Source: Podarcis erhardii
Taxonomy: Eukaryota
Assembly (NCBI GenBank): GCA_964252035.1
Contig: OZ176200.1
DNA length: 64,000 bases
Reading direction: 5' to 3' (one strand)
In this document: piece by piece, positions 24,027 to 37,078 of the stretch
Position numbering within the stretch: the first letter of the stretch is position 1
Layout of the letters: every line of letters begins with the position of its first letter
Made by a program: the position numbers and the translations under genes
Notes under the pieces: generated by a model
Seen by the model: only the letters and a program-made list of their open reading frames with translations
What the model was told of the DNA's origin: nothing
Database searches by the model: none

Positions 24027-25227
24027 GAAGCAAGTGTTGCTGAGTTCAATGGCACCTACGCCCTGCTACATGTGTGCAGGACAGAAGCCTTACTCTCTCA
24101 TACAGTTTTTCTTAATTTGCATCTATAGTTTATAAAGAGCCTACCAAGTATGAATGATGTATTTTGCTTCTTCCGGTGAAGCTGTGTCTTGAAAGTGTGT
24201 GTTCAATTACTTCCTTTTTTGCCGTACAGAAATCTAGCAGCCAGACTCTGCTCACCTCATACTTGGGGTGTATAGATTCTCCCAGACTACTAAACAATGG
24301 GCATGCCATGTACAATCCTAGTCAGGATTGTGTCCTGGTGCATAAATGTGGGAGAAGCAAATAAACAAAATTTAAGCATCTGTTGTGAAAAAAGCCAAAG
24401 AATTATATGAAGGAACTGGACTTTCTAGATTTTTTATGGAAGTTAGGAATATCTATGTCTGGGTCTTTCTGGTTTCTGGCATTTGGCTGGGGTGGGTGGG
24501 GTGTTCAGGGAGAGGAGATACATACAGTGTTCACAATCACTGAGCAGGCTCTAAATAAAGTATGACATTTCTGCACAGCTTGCCAGATGTTGCCATTGCT
24601 TTAAAATCTCCTCCAGTTGGTACTTTTCAATAATGTGCTCAGCTTTTATGTCTAAAAATTATTAACAGCTTTTTATGATCTAATTATTTTCCGTATGCAC
24701 ATCAAGGCAGGATGGTATTGACTTCGCCTGACCTTTTAACAGAAAAGGTCTTCTAGTTAAAGGAAACATTTCTCTTTTACAGGAGCACTGTGCAAATATG
24801 CCCACAAACATTTTATAGCAAAGATAATAATACCATAGGATTTAGGTTCACTTCTCAGCTGAGAAAGCAAATCTTTTTTTTTTTTTTTTTTTTTTAACTG
24901 AGATGCTTGGTCTGTATCAACACATTGCACTAAATATCACATTCAAAGCTCGGAGTATTTATAACTAGCAGAGGAGCAAGGAAGATTGTGCAACAACAAC
25001 AATTGTCATTTGATACTACTAGAGAATTGCAGGAATTGGCAGATGATGTGCAGGAGGTGGAAAATGAAGATTTTCCTATATTTCCGGGTGGCTATGATTC
25101 TGCATTTTTCCAAGCTCTGATTTCCTATGGCATTGTATTTATGACTGGTACAAGAGATGCTGGTTGTCACAATAAAAAAACGGAGATTTCCCCCCCCCCA
25201 AGTTTTCCATTGACGAGTTGAAATCCT

Positions 25228-25625
25228 TATTTTATTTAATTATTTTAAAGATTTAGAAATCTGGCTTCACAGCCAGAAGCTATCGAAGCGGCATACAATA
25301 AGATAAAATGATAAAGAATATGAAAGATTAAATTATAAAAAAACAATGAAACATTGAAACAATTGCACAATTAAAATTCCATAATATAGCTGGATCACAC
25401 TTCCAGGAAAGCCTCCTTAAACAAAAACATATTCAACAGCCACAAAAAGCTGGCTAATTTCATCTGGTAGCAGATTCCTGGGGACTGGAGCTCCAACACT
25501 AAAAATCTGGTGTGTAGTGCATACTAAGCACCCCTCTGGGGCATGAGATACTTTTAGCCATGACCCATCAGACAGGGATATATGGGATGAGCTTTTGCGG
25601 GCTTTACAAGTGTTCTATATAAAGA
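25228..25625 (-). mobile_element. Degenerate L2-like LINE 3' end
   Basis: AT-rich tail plus aaagcctccttaaacaaaaacatattcaacagcc..., typical of old L2 3' ends. Confidence 0.5.
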
Positions 25626-25807
25626 GGATTCAATCCACCCACCCACCTCCAACTTAACCACTGTTCCCCTTCCCTGCTGTCCTATACCTCTCCCACAAGC
25701 CCCAAAAGCCTTACCCTGAAGAAGCAGGTAGAAAATGGTAGAAGACATCCATCAACCTGCTTCTTCTCCCCCATAGTAAGGCCTTTTAGTTTGTGAGATG
25801 GGTATGG

Positions 25808-25915
25808 GGTTGTTGACATCCATCCATCCATCTCGAGAGACAATGGAGTGTGCCTCCATGGGTGAAGTCAAATTGCTGGAGAATCGCAGCAACTGCTGTG
25901 GCTGCAGAGACTGGT
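25808..25915 (-). mobile_element. RTE-type LINE 3' tail
   Basis: Minus strand encodes LCSHSSCCDSPAI* (RTE end LYSHSRRC-like), then the same UTR as 23285-23388. Confidence 0.65.
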
Positions 25916-26533
25916 AACTCGTAATTGCTGCCTTCCATGCTGTTTTTGCTGCAATAGCAAACAGTGGCTTCTATGGGGTGCAAACACTGGCAAAACCGAG
26001 ATTTTTGAGTGCTCATATTGAGTGTGTGTGCTAATTGGTTGCTGAACAATGAAAGTTTACAGTCTTTCAGTGTTAGAAACTGAGATATGAAAGCTAGGAG
26101 CTAGATGGCACTTTAAACCTAGGCTATGGGCGTAACAACAGAATGTCTAGGCATGCTTTTTTATAACAAGAATACAAATGAATGAACTGCAGCTAAAATA
26201 TCATCTTCATTTTTCACATGGTCTAGTCCTTCCCCTGACCCCACCCCCTAACATTCTTAAGAGGGTCTCTTCTCCAGTCCTCAGAGAGTAGCTGGAAGTG
26301 GGGAGGCATAAAAAGGTCCTCCTTTTCTTCCACTCTGCAGTTTTAATCTGAAATCTTAGGCACAGTATTGCACCCAGAGCTCAGAAACTGTTTGTGCTAA
26401 TGAAATTCCATGTCGAAAAATGTGCCTAGAACAATGGGAGTTTTGAACACTGCTGGCTTGATTTGCGGCCTTGATATGAAACCTGATTATGCAGCTCACA
26501 TGCCATGAAGACCAAGGCTGCAATCCTATACTA

Positions 26534-26749
26534 CAGGCATGTCCAACAGGTGAATAATGATCTACTGGTTGATCACAGGGCGTCCCTGGTCGATCGCGTG
26601 ATCCTGAGCGATCCAACCCCACCCCGAAAAGCTCAACAACTTTGGCTCCCAAAAATAGTTCAACAACTTTGGTCAATCCAACAGGTAGATTACTGTTTTT
26701 TTTTAATAGTGGCAGTAGATCGCAGTCTCTTGGAAGTTGAACATGTCTG
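26534..26749. mobile_element. hAT (Charlie/Buster-like) MITE
   Basis: TIR caggcatgtccaac / gttgaacatgtctg; perfect 8-bp TSD ctatacta (26526-26533, 26750-26757). Inserted in a short palindromic repeat. Confidence 0.9.
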
Positions 26750-29059
26750 CTATACTACACTGGCAGAAAGTCCCATGAACTTAGCAGGGCTTCCTTTTGA
26801 CTAGACTTATGTAGGGTTGCACTGTAAGTGCTCAAAAGTTCCAGAAGCAAGGAATCATAGTTACTGGGCAGAAGTCTGTTTCCTCAAAAGATGGACAGTA
26901 AACTGATAATCTCTACTTCAGCTCATATCTGTAAATCCACTTCAACTTTAAAAATATATAATACAGTGTATGAGAGGGTGGGATTTCTATTAACATTGTG
27001 AAAAATCCATATATTTCATCTATTCTACCAGCAGCTTTCAAAGCATTGCTGATATACTCTAATTTGAGTAAATAGTAGCCTTACTTTAAAACAAATTTGA
27101 CAGTCTTATTTCTAATAGAGAAAATAAATGTAGAGTAAATTAGAAAAAGAATACATGGCTTTGTTGTTTGGGGTTTTTTATTATAAGGCTTTAGAGAGTT
27201 CACTAGTAAATCCCATGGTAATATTTGAAAATGGCATTGTAATATTTTGACAGTAATTTCCATGTTTCATTGATGGGCTTTATTTCAGTTTATTGCCATC
27301 CACAATGCCCATTAAAAATATAACTCATTGCAACTCACCCCACATGCATTTTCATTAAATCTAATCAATATTGCAAAATGGAAAAAAAAGAAACAGACAG
27401 ATGCCAAAAAAATGTCACCACAAGTTTTGCTATTGCCTGAAATAGGGAAGGATGAAATTATATTAACTTTTAAGTAGAAACAAAAGTTTTTAGCTGATGC
27501 AGATAAACATCTATTAGATAAAATGGTTTTTTTAACCAAAAATAAAAAAAACTCCACCCACCACCCTGAATAAACACAGTCACACAGGCCACTTGCCCTG
27601 TTATTGAATTTAACTGGAAAATACATGCAGAACTCCAAACAAGATAAAACTAAATGAACAAGATGTAGCAATTGCAATATAATTTTTCACATTAATTATG
27701 TACTCTTATCATAGTTGTATAACTAGCTGAGAATAACAAAAAGAGCAAGATAGCACCAAAGTTATTTTCCAAAGAGGAAATAAACAAACAAAAAAATACA
27801 GATATGCTAGTTATTAGATTACTAGAATTTTGCCTTGCAGAATAGCTTTCTTGAGGACAAAGACTATATTAATCATCTCTGTTCTTGGGAAATGATACCC
27901 TGTGTCTGGAAAAGTATTGTTGACATTTTCTTTTCCTCTTTAGAGTATCTTAATCCGTTATCAGGTTTGACTTGTGTAATGTGTCAGAAACACATCTCCT
28001 CATTTAAGTACTTTAATAGGATTGTATCTGTTCACGCAAACAGATTATAAAGCTCGTTCTCACCTATTAGGGCTCCATCCTCTGAAAAAGTTTTACACAG
28101 GCCTTGAATTCATGTTGTTTCAAATTCCACATTTAGGATGCGCTGGGATGCATAAGGCTCTTTTCTCCTGAAATCTGGACTGCCATTGATATGACAACAG
28201 TTTTAAGTTGCACTCTAGGTATTGCCTATTATTATAATCTCCTACCCTCCAACATTTCACAGAGGCAAGCAGAGGCACATTTATAACACCCATATTCTCA
28301 TAACAAATATCACTGTTTGAGCACTACTGAAGATACTACTTCGTCCATTGAATATTATATTCATTAATTTTGCCACAGCTTGTCACATTAAGGAGGTGTT
28401 CTGGTTAAAGATATCCCAGAAGGACACCAGTACTTTACTCAGCTGATAGACTGTTTTCCTGGTGTTGGGTACATTTCTGCGTCTTGAGATCCACAGATTA
28501 GTGAGAGCATCTGCAATGTAGATGTCAAAACATTAACAGGTGCTTGCAATTGCATCCATGTGACTGGGACACACAACTGGGCTGGTGTCTTGATTGTGTG
28601 AAAGCCTATACACTAGCTGTTGTTCATGTGTAGATTTCTTTAGTGCGGATGACAGCACTCATATGTGGACATTTGTGCAAATTTATTTGAATTTCATCTT
28701 TTTGAAATTTTCAAAAATAAATATCACCAGCATCAATTTATATCCTGCCTTTTCCCCTGACAACACTCAAGGGAGCTAACAGATAAAAATAAGAAATGCT
28801 AAAAACATAGAAAAACATAATCATTAAAAAAAACCCAGCTAAACATTGATAAGAGCTAAAACTATATACATATATATAATGTATTAAAACCATATCAATA
28901 TCTACAATAAAAACTGCACTAATTTATCAAGGAGCGGTATGAGAAAATTGGGGTTGCTTGTGGTAAATAGGAACATTTGAAGTCTATGTAACTGAGGTGT
29001 TTTCGGACAGGTATTTACTGATGAACAGGACATGTTGCAACTTTTGTAGAGTTCATATT

Positions 29060-29350
29060 TATTTATACAATTTGTATCCCACCCTTCCTCCCAAGAAAGT
29101 CAAGGGCAGCAAACACCAAAATGTTAAAACAATAGAATTTACTATATTATTGACACATTTAAATTACTTAAAAAACATTTAAAAACAATCATGCAGCCTC
29201 ACAGTTAATAATCGCAAGGTTGACAGGAAGACTATCTTTCAGCCATCAGATGTCCTGCAAAACAGGAATGCTTGTAAATTCTTTTTGAAAATTAATAATG
29301 ATGGCATTCTATTTCACCACCAATAGTATGTGGAAGCCAATATCACAGTG
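29060..29350 (-). mobile_element. Degenerate L2-like 3' tail
   Basis: tttatttatacaatttgtatcccacccttcctcccaag... typical L2 terminus. Confidence 0.45.
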
Positions 29351-29428
29351 GTTGAGGATAAGTTTTGTATATAGACACTCTTAATGTTTTAGTTCCCAGT
29401 TCTCAATTTGCTTCCTATTACCTTACAC

Positions 29429-29557
29429 CAGGCTTCCTCAACCCTCCAGATGTTTTGAGACTACAATTCCCATCATCGCTGACCACTATCCTGCTAGCTA
29501 GGGATCATAGGAGTTGTAGGCCAAAAACATCTGGAGGGCCGAGGTTGAGGAAGCCTG
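29429..29557. mobile_element. Palindromic hAT MITE (129 bp); degenerate relatives near 2580-2670, 31810-31921, 44180-44290, 45860-45975, 60438-60555, 63862-63992
   Basis: TIR caggcttcctcaacc / ggttgaggaagcctg; perfect 8-bp TSD ccttacac (29421-29428, 29558-29565). Confidence 0.92.
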
Positions 29558-30821
29558 CCTTACACAATGACAGCAGAAGTTTAATTTCTACCGAGGTGGC
29601 AGTGGGTACCACTCAGGACTGTTCTACTGTTTAAGATAATGTGTGAAATACAGGCACAAACACCACCATCCTTTTGACAAACTTTCTCTTATCAACTTGG
29701 AGAAGCATACATTAGTGTAAAGGTCAGGAATACTTCCTGCACCATTTCAGGTCAATAATAATTTCAATGCCAGCTTGAAATAGAAAATGAATGTTCCTTA
29801 GGCTAAATTTCATGCGATAGAAGGAGCAAAGAATTTGTCACTATTTACAACTGCTTGATGTGGTTACATCTATTAAGTCCTTTGGTCCTCGAGGGAGAAA
29901 AGAACAGGTCATTTCCCTCTTCTGAACTCTAAACCCAAGGCCTTACGGTAATTTTAAAAAATGTTCTTTAACCTGATTTAATATATTGAGTTGAGATACA
30001 TTCCATTAGATATAATTAGATCTAGACAGGAAAGGTAGTTCTGAGAAGCTAATGAAATATCATTAAAACTGAATCTAAGATTGTTGATTAGGGTAAAGCT
30101 AATCCTGATTAGGATAAACAAGCTGGGTGAGAAAAATCTTATTCCCCCCCTCTTTTAAGGTTGTTTTTTTTTTTAAAAAAAAAAATTAATATGTGAGGGT
30201 AAGAAGCATAAGAAATGGGAAACATTTCAAGATGTTAAAGACCATTTTCCGGTACTCTGAAATTTAGGCACTTCACTGCCCTATCATTAATATCTGTATT
30301 TCCATCTCACAGCAATGGTTGTATGCCCTGCTCCAGAGCTATGTGTACACTGAAGTGTGCACTCAGAATTTCTGCACAGCCAGGCTACCCTATTCCTGTT
30401 TTATGAACAGGGATGACAGCATTTCAGGAGCAAAGTGAATCTGGAAACTTCCATGGGTGGGTACATTCCATTCGCACATCATTTGTGCACATCAAAGTGC
30501 CATTGTGAGGGTGGTATATAAAGCACTTGTAGCATGTTCAAAACAAGACATAGTATTTTGTAAACCTTTTAACTATCTTATAAGGCAGGGGCTCTCAAAC
30601 TTTCTATCCTCAGGTTAAAAAATCCAGAGGTTAAAAAAAATTACTGAGGCCTACCAGACCCCAAAGACAATTCAAGAAGCAGAGACAGTCACAAAATGGT
30701 GGGAGACTGAGGTGGACTTTTGCACAATCTGCTGGCAGTTACAAACATAATTTCCTATTGATATCTAATCCCGGCTTAGAAATAGCTTCTCCTTTTTGTT
30801 ATTCCTTTGTCTATCCACCCC

Positions 30822-30930
30822 CTTCCCTTCCCTTCCCTTCCCTTCCCTTCCCTCCCCTTCTTCCCATTCATCCTTACACATCTCCAAAAAGAGGAAACAC
30901 ATTACTCAAAATAATAATAATAATAATAAT
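30822..30930. repeat. (CCCTT)n and (AAT)n microsatellites
   Basis: Read directly from the sequence. Confidence 0.9.
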
Positions 30931-30964
30931 TGTAAATTTATTTGTAAATAAATTGTGCTATTGT

Positions 30965-31367
30965 TGTAAGCCAAAAATGGCTTATCTTCCGAGTTTATGC
31001 CAATAAAACTCAGAGATGTAAGGAGTTAGGAGTCCATCATTGTTTATTGCAAAGCAATAGAAAAATTCCTTCCAGTAGAAAAAATTCTTTCCAGTAGAAA
31101 AATTCCTTCCTTATTTTGTTTTGACCATGGCAGACCAACACAGCTACCTATCTGTAACTGCAAAGCAATAGGTTACAGTCAGATTATTCTGTGAAACTGC
31201 ACCCATGCCCATTGGTTCAGGCAGTGGTATTTATAAGGTTTCAAACCAAAGGATTCAAATTTTCACCAGTCATGTACATCATTACCTCATTTTATGTTTA
31301 ATACGCATGCGCAACAAGCACTGGCAATTTCTGCTGATTCAGTTCTGATTCCCATCGTTCTGTTACA
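30965..31367 (-). mobile_element. Probable solo LTR, interrupted by a Penelope fragment
   Basis: Ends tgtaa...ttaca; 4-bp TSD ttgt (30961-30964, 31368-31371). Minus-strand TATAAATA (31235-31228) lies upstream of AATAAA (31048-31043). Confidence 0.7.
31061..31158 (+). mobile_element. Short Penelope-like element (PLE) insertion
   Basis: 3' end ttttgaccatggcagaccaacacagctacctatctgtaact is nearly identical to 47240-47283; 13-bp flanking duplication tgcaaagcaatag (31048-31060, 31159-31171). Confidence 0.8.
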
Positions 31368-32059
31368 TTGTGTTAGTATGCATTTCGGGAACCTGTGTTA
31401 CATGTAGCCATTTGCACAATGTAGCAACTGTTCTGTTCTAGCTTTAGGCTGTATCTTTGTGATCCACATATTAGCTGTATTCCTCCCCCAGTTGGGGTGG
31501 GGGCAGCAACTTGCAAAACCATCAGTTTCATAAAGCAACAGGTTACCATAACTTCTCTATTAGAAGTGCACTGAGGGATTTCCAGGGGTACACATTATCA
31601 CATTTATTGTGGCCCTTTGGCCCACCACCACACTATGATACAAAAGTGTTTCCTCAGCAGTCAGGGAAGAAAGCTGCTGGGCCCAAAAGTGGACTGACAC
31701 AATGGGACAGAGTCTTCCTACACTTGAAGCTGAAGAGGGCAAGAGGGAGAAGGAACTTACAAAGAGGTACTACAAAGAAGAACAACAAAACCAGAAGAAC
31801 TTTGTGGCCTACCAGATGTTGCTGAACTCCCATCAGCCCAAGACAGCATGGCCAGTGGTCAGGGATTGATGGGGACTGTAGTCCAGCAACACCTGGAAGG
31901 CCATAGGCTCCCCATCTCTGTTCTAGATTTCCCCTTATGTCCTATCTGAATTCCCCAGGGTTGGTCAACTGTTGTGTCAATGTCAGTGCATACACTAACA
32001 ATGGCTTTTTCCACTTGGTGCTTATTATTGCTGTTGTTGTTATTTATGAAATTTATATA

Positions 32060-32552
32060 CAGTGGTACCTCAGGCTCTCCTGCCAACCTAGCAGTTTGAA
32101 AGCATGTCAAAGTGCAAGTAGATAAATAGGTACTGCTCCGGCGGGAAGGTAAACGGCGTTTCCATGTGCTGCTCTGGTTTGCCAGAAGTGGCTTAGTCAT
32201 GCTGGCCACATGACATGGAAGCTGTCTGCGGCCAAACGCCAGCTCCCTCGGCCTATAGAGCGAGATGAGCGCACAACCCCAGAGTCGGTCACGACTGAAC
32301 CTAATGGTCAGGGGTCCCTTTACCTTTACCTTTACCTCAGGTTACATACACTTCAGGTTACAGACTCTGCTAACCCAGAAATAGTACCTCGGGTTAAGAA
32401 CTTTGCTTCAGGATGAGAACAGAAATCGGGCTCTGGCGGCGCGGCAGCAGCGGGAGGCCCCATTAGCGAAAGTGGTGCTTCAGGTTAAGAACAGCTTCAG
32501 GTTAAGAACGGACCTCCGGAATGAGTTAAGTACTTAACCCGAGGTACCACTG
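32060..32552. mobile_element. Tc1/mariner (Tigger-like) MITE containing a SINE
   Basis: TA|cagtggtacctc ... gaggtaccactg|TA; same family as 58905-59113. Confidence 0.92.
32075..32332 (+). mobile_element. 5'-truncated Sauria SINE
   Basis: Body and (tacctt)n tail; 9-bp TSD tacctcagg (32066-32074, 32333-32341). Confidence 0.92.
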
Positions 32553-35500
32553 TACTGTGCTTCAGCCAAAGATCACTGGGTGGTTTACAACATAAAACCA
32601 CAAAAATACAAACTATAATAACAAACCAAAGCAATATTTCCAACATACACAGTTTAAAATACCACAGAGTGTTTAATTAGTCCAAGGCCTGAGAGAAGAG
32701 GACTGCTTTTGCCTGGTGCTTAAATGTAACAGAGATGCCAGGTGAGCATTCCACAAACAGGGAGCCACTTCAGAAAAGGCCAAGTCTTGCGTTGCCGCCC
32801 TCCAAACCTCACACAGAGGAGGCATAAAAAGATGGAAGTCAGGTGCTTGCTTCAAACTGGTGATGGGGCTGTATTTTTAACTGGTGATGGGCTTTTAAAA
32901 ATGTTTGTTTTACTATTTTAATTTCATTGTTTAATGTTTTCATTTGTAGATGGTATTGTTTTAGGTACTGCTTGTAGATAGCATTGAACTTACAGAAACA
33001 TAGGCTGTAAATATCAATACCCTCCACAGCAGCAAAAACTGAGAATTATTTTATTAAAACTGCAAGTTTCTAAGGTAGCATTACTCTTTGGGCCACAAGG
33101 TTATTTGTTTTAAGAGGCTAAGATGACCGTTATTTTGGAATGTGTTTAAAAAGCAGATTGGCCTGAATTTCCCAACTTACTTTCATTTTTCAGGAATTAA
33201 AATAATGAAATCTCATTTTTGCTTCAGCCGCCCACATAGAAACTTTTTGCACAGAAACACAAGTATTTTATATATATAGCCAAGCCAGCATCTTAAAAAA
33301 GCTCATTATTATATTGTGTTATGATGCATGGGGTTTTTTTTTATATAATAAAGTGGCATGTCTAAATGGCAAAAAGCAGGCTTTCTACCAAAAAATGTAA
33401 AGTCTTTTATATCATTATCTCTTTTTTGCACAGGAGAAAAGCCATTATCGGTTGATATACCAAATATGCATGCTTAGAAATAGAAGCATATCAATTTAAC
33501 ACAAAATATTCACATATATTTTATATTGCCATAATAGTCAAAGACATTTCATAGGATGTTGGGAACAGAAGTCAGATAAGATTTTCATGAAATTATGTCC
33601 TACCCTGCAGAAGAAACTATAGGCACGCTCAACAAAAAAATGCAGTAGTTATCTATATATTGCATCTCTACAGCACAGTGCATAAAGAGTTGGATTTAAT
33701 CACTTTAAAACTGTCAGTTCTTTTGCTGAACAATTCTGGTGTAGGATTGTTGCACGATTGTTCAGGAATAATCTAGCCTTTGTTTTTGTGATGAGTTTTG
33801 TGATAGTACTAAACCATCAACTTGCCTTTCATGCTCTGAGAAACTAGACTTTGCAAACCTGGAGTCAAATTGACAGGGTGGGAACACATTTTGGCACACT
33901 GACATGAAACATCCGATTTAGTGACAGCAGTAAATGAATGTTCCTCTTGGTATGTGGGAAATAGAATCACATGCTAAAACATTGCTTGACTCCTTGCTAG
34001 CACCAACTTCCAAAAGAAGTCATTGGTAAGATAACTTATAATAAAAACATCCCATCAGCTTTGCCTCTAACCATGCCATCCAAACTCTTCTGCATTTGTT
34101 TCGAAAAGGAATAGACTTTAAGTTGGAACAGGTTACCAGCTTTCTGGATACATAAGCTTTGAACACTTAACAATTAAAATTAAGAATGTAATTCCTCTGT
34201 TACAGGGGAAAGAATGCCTTCACAGTTTCACATCCAGCTACATAAGGACATGCATGAGCTATAAGCATGACAAGCTTGTGTGAGTGGCTGGCGTAAGAAG
34301 AACAGCTATGCTGTATCATGTGCCAGAAAATCCATGGATTTGAGACACAGTTCACCCAGAAATAAATAAATGATAAATAATCAATTCCTCCCTACTTAAG
34401 ATACAGAAGCTGAGCTTGTACTATGTATAGATTGTTGCACCCTAAACTTTGAAGGCTGATTTTTTTTTCCACTGCATCGAACTTGGGTGTGCATGCCACA
34501 CACAAACACACAGAGACCTTCTCAATTATGAACAGCATATACATTGCGTGTGTGAAATTATTCCCCTTTAAACGAAATTTGGTGGATGAACGGATCAGGG
34601 CACCCTTCATTGTTTATGTTAAAGGGGGGGAAAGAGACAGGGAGAAGTGTGCACATAGATCAAACGTACTTGGCAAAGAGTGTGTGTTTTGTACCCAGAA
34701 AGCCAACTGAGAATTGGCTCTGTGAATCTGTTCAGTTGCTATTCTTGCCTGTGTGGCAAGAAGGAGACACTGAAGGAAATATGGGACACACTATACAAGT
34801 CAGTCAGAAGTAAAGAAGTATATTTCACTCAAGTTTCAAGAATGATTATATATAAACAACAGTTCCAATAGTGTCAGCAATATTTCGGCCTGACTTCCAA
34901 GCTAGTTCCAAATAAGCCTCAAGGACCTCTATTCATCCTCTGCCATTTATCCCCTTGAGTGGAAAACCCTCTAGGAGAAAAATCAGCAGTTCTATCTCTT
35001 GTATCAAATTGGTCTAAGGCACAACGAACCAGAGCAATTAAAAAACAAGCAGGCTTGGAATAAGTGTGGATTTTATTAATACCTTTTCATGCTTTGTTAA
35101 ATACTGCATACATGTTAAGGTTTCTATCCTGACTGCCATCATGGTAGGTGAAAAATATATATATTTTTAATTGTATACATATATGGATCTTTTCCCCGCT
35201 AGCATAGAAAACACATGACCTGCTTTTTGACTAGGATTCATTCACTGATCAGCCACCCAACCCAAATTTTAATAGAAAGTCTCTGAATAGCTTATAATCG
35301 CAGCTAATATGTACTAATAACAGCTCTGAGGATATGCCTAAGATTATAATATATTAAAAGACCCATCAGCTTTTCAGAAGAACATGTAATTTTATGTTCA
35401 TTGCTTCTTGGTTTCTGACTCGCGAATTTGGATGGTTGCACCTCAATTTAAAGTTGAATCAAAGCTAATATAATATTAATAAAAACTCCAATAAAAAGTT

Positions 35501-36297
35501 AAAGTTGTGTTCCCAATAGCATTAATGACCGCTACGGTTATTACCATGAGATAATTGACCTTCCTGAACCTCTTTTCACATGGAAACTTCCACCCAGTAC
35601 AGCCAATTATTTAACCGTAATGAGTGCTCTATAAGAGATTATTGTTTAACCAGGTATCCTGGCACAGTACTTTTGCCCAGCTTCTGAATTCTCTAACAAA
35701 CGTTGCAATGTATATGTTATAACTTTCTCATTTCCTAAGGAATATTTCCAAGACTTTCTTTCTTTTTTTCCTATGAAGCTGGCACAACTTCATACAATAT
35801 TAAATGCACTAGCGTCTCAAAAAATAAATATGTGGGAATTCCTGTAGCTACATTTTGTGGAGAAGAAATAGAAGGTAAGATGAATGGGAGAGGAAGGCTG
35901 AACTTTTGCTTAGAGAAAATGTAAGCTGAGATTATTGGGTGGAAAGATGTCATGGATACTGGTCCAGTTTAACTATTCACCCAGAACAGGGAACCAATTA
36001 ATCTGGTCCTACATATTTGGATGCAAATCCTCAGGTGATGTGTTCAGTTTAAGCACTGAAATCTTGTAGGCTCTATAAACTGCAACTGATTTCACTTATG
36101 GGATCAGAATGATAGGGCTTGATTTGGATCTCAGTGGTTGTCATAATCCTTGTACTGAAACTCTGCCTGGAGCACTCTATCTCGACTCCAAAGTAATTTA
36201 GAAATTGAAAGGTGGTTTCTGAGCAGGGCATTCTCTAACATGACATAAATACAGTATATACAGTATATACAAGTAAACACAAAAATAGTGTGAGTGG

Positions 36298-36704
36298 AAA
36301 TTAATGAGCTATAGAAAAATGGTGGAATGAAGTTATATGGCTTTGGCAGAAATGTTATAAGGAACTAGGTACAGATAGATTGTTAATGTATTAAAGGGAA
36401 AAAATAAGGTTAGAATATGTTAAGATTAATTATAGGACAGAAAACAGATGAAGATGGAAAGGAATTGCTGAAACAGTTAATTGAAGTGGAATACAAAAAG
36501 GGAGGCGTGAGGAAGTCAATGAAACAAGTGAATGAAAGTTAAGATTGAAAATATTGGAAGTGTTTTTAATTGTTTTTGTTTTGTTTTGTTAATTTAATGT
36601 TTCATGTAGTGTTTTTGTTTTTGTTTTTGTATTTTATTATACTGTCATGTTTAATTCTTTTTCTTTCTTTTTGTAATCTTTAAACTCTTAATAAATATTA
36701 TTTT
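36298..36704 (+). mobile_element. L1/Tx1-like LINE 3' UTR fragment
   Basis: Purine-rich then T-rich segment ending in aataaa; 18-bp TSD caaaaatagtgtgagtgg (36280-36297, 36705-36722). Confidence 0.75.
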
Positions 36705-36749
36705 CAAAAATAGTGTGAGTGGTATGCATAACATAACATGTATTTAGAC

Positions 36750-37078
36750 CAGGGCCGGATTTAGGTTTGATGAGGCCCTAAACTACTGAAGGTAATGGGG
36801 CCTTTTATATGTTCAGCTGTCCTTGGTCAACAACAAATTGTCAATGTTTTTGAATATATGCTATATGGTAATTTATGGACCTAATAGGTATCTAAAGCCA
36901 TTTGCACATAACAAAACACTGTTGCTGTATGTAGGTTTTATTTTATTTGTTTTTTATCTAATATTTTGGAAATGTACATCCAGCTGTTTTCCCCCCACTT
37001 TAATTTTTTTTGGGGGGTCCCCAAGAGAGTGGGGCCCTAAGCTATAGCTTGTTTAGCTTATACGTAAATCCGGCACTG
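36750..37078. mobile_element. hAT non-autonomous element (Tip100-like TIR)
   Basis: TIR cagggccggattta / taaatccggcactg; perfect 8-bp TSD atttagac (36742-36749, 37079-37086). Confidence 0.9.

Larger units (their letters stand above)
32020..32850 (-). mobile_element. Degenerate L2-like 3' end hosting a MITE and a SINE
   Basis: Tail tatttatgaaatttata continues after the MITE as ctgtgcttcagccaaagatcactgggtggtttacaac...gcattccacaaacagggagccac...gaaaaggcc. Confidence 0.65.

Noticed and set aside
24486-24510. G-quadruplex-type runs and poly-G/poly-C tracts
   Set aside because: Common throughout the window; nothing distinguishes them.
24988-25221. Plus ORF MQQQQLSFDTTRELQELADDVQEVENEDF...
   Set aside because: GTG start, unrecognised, antisense to the host gene, short.
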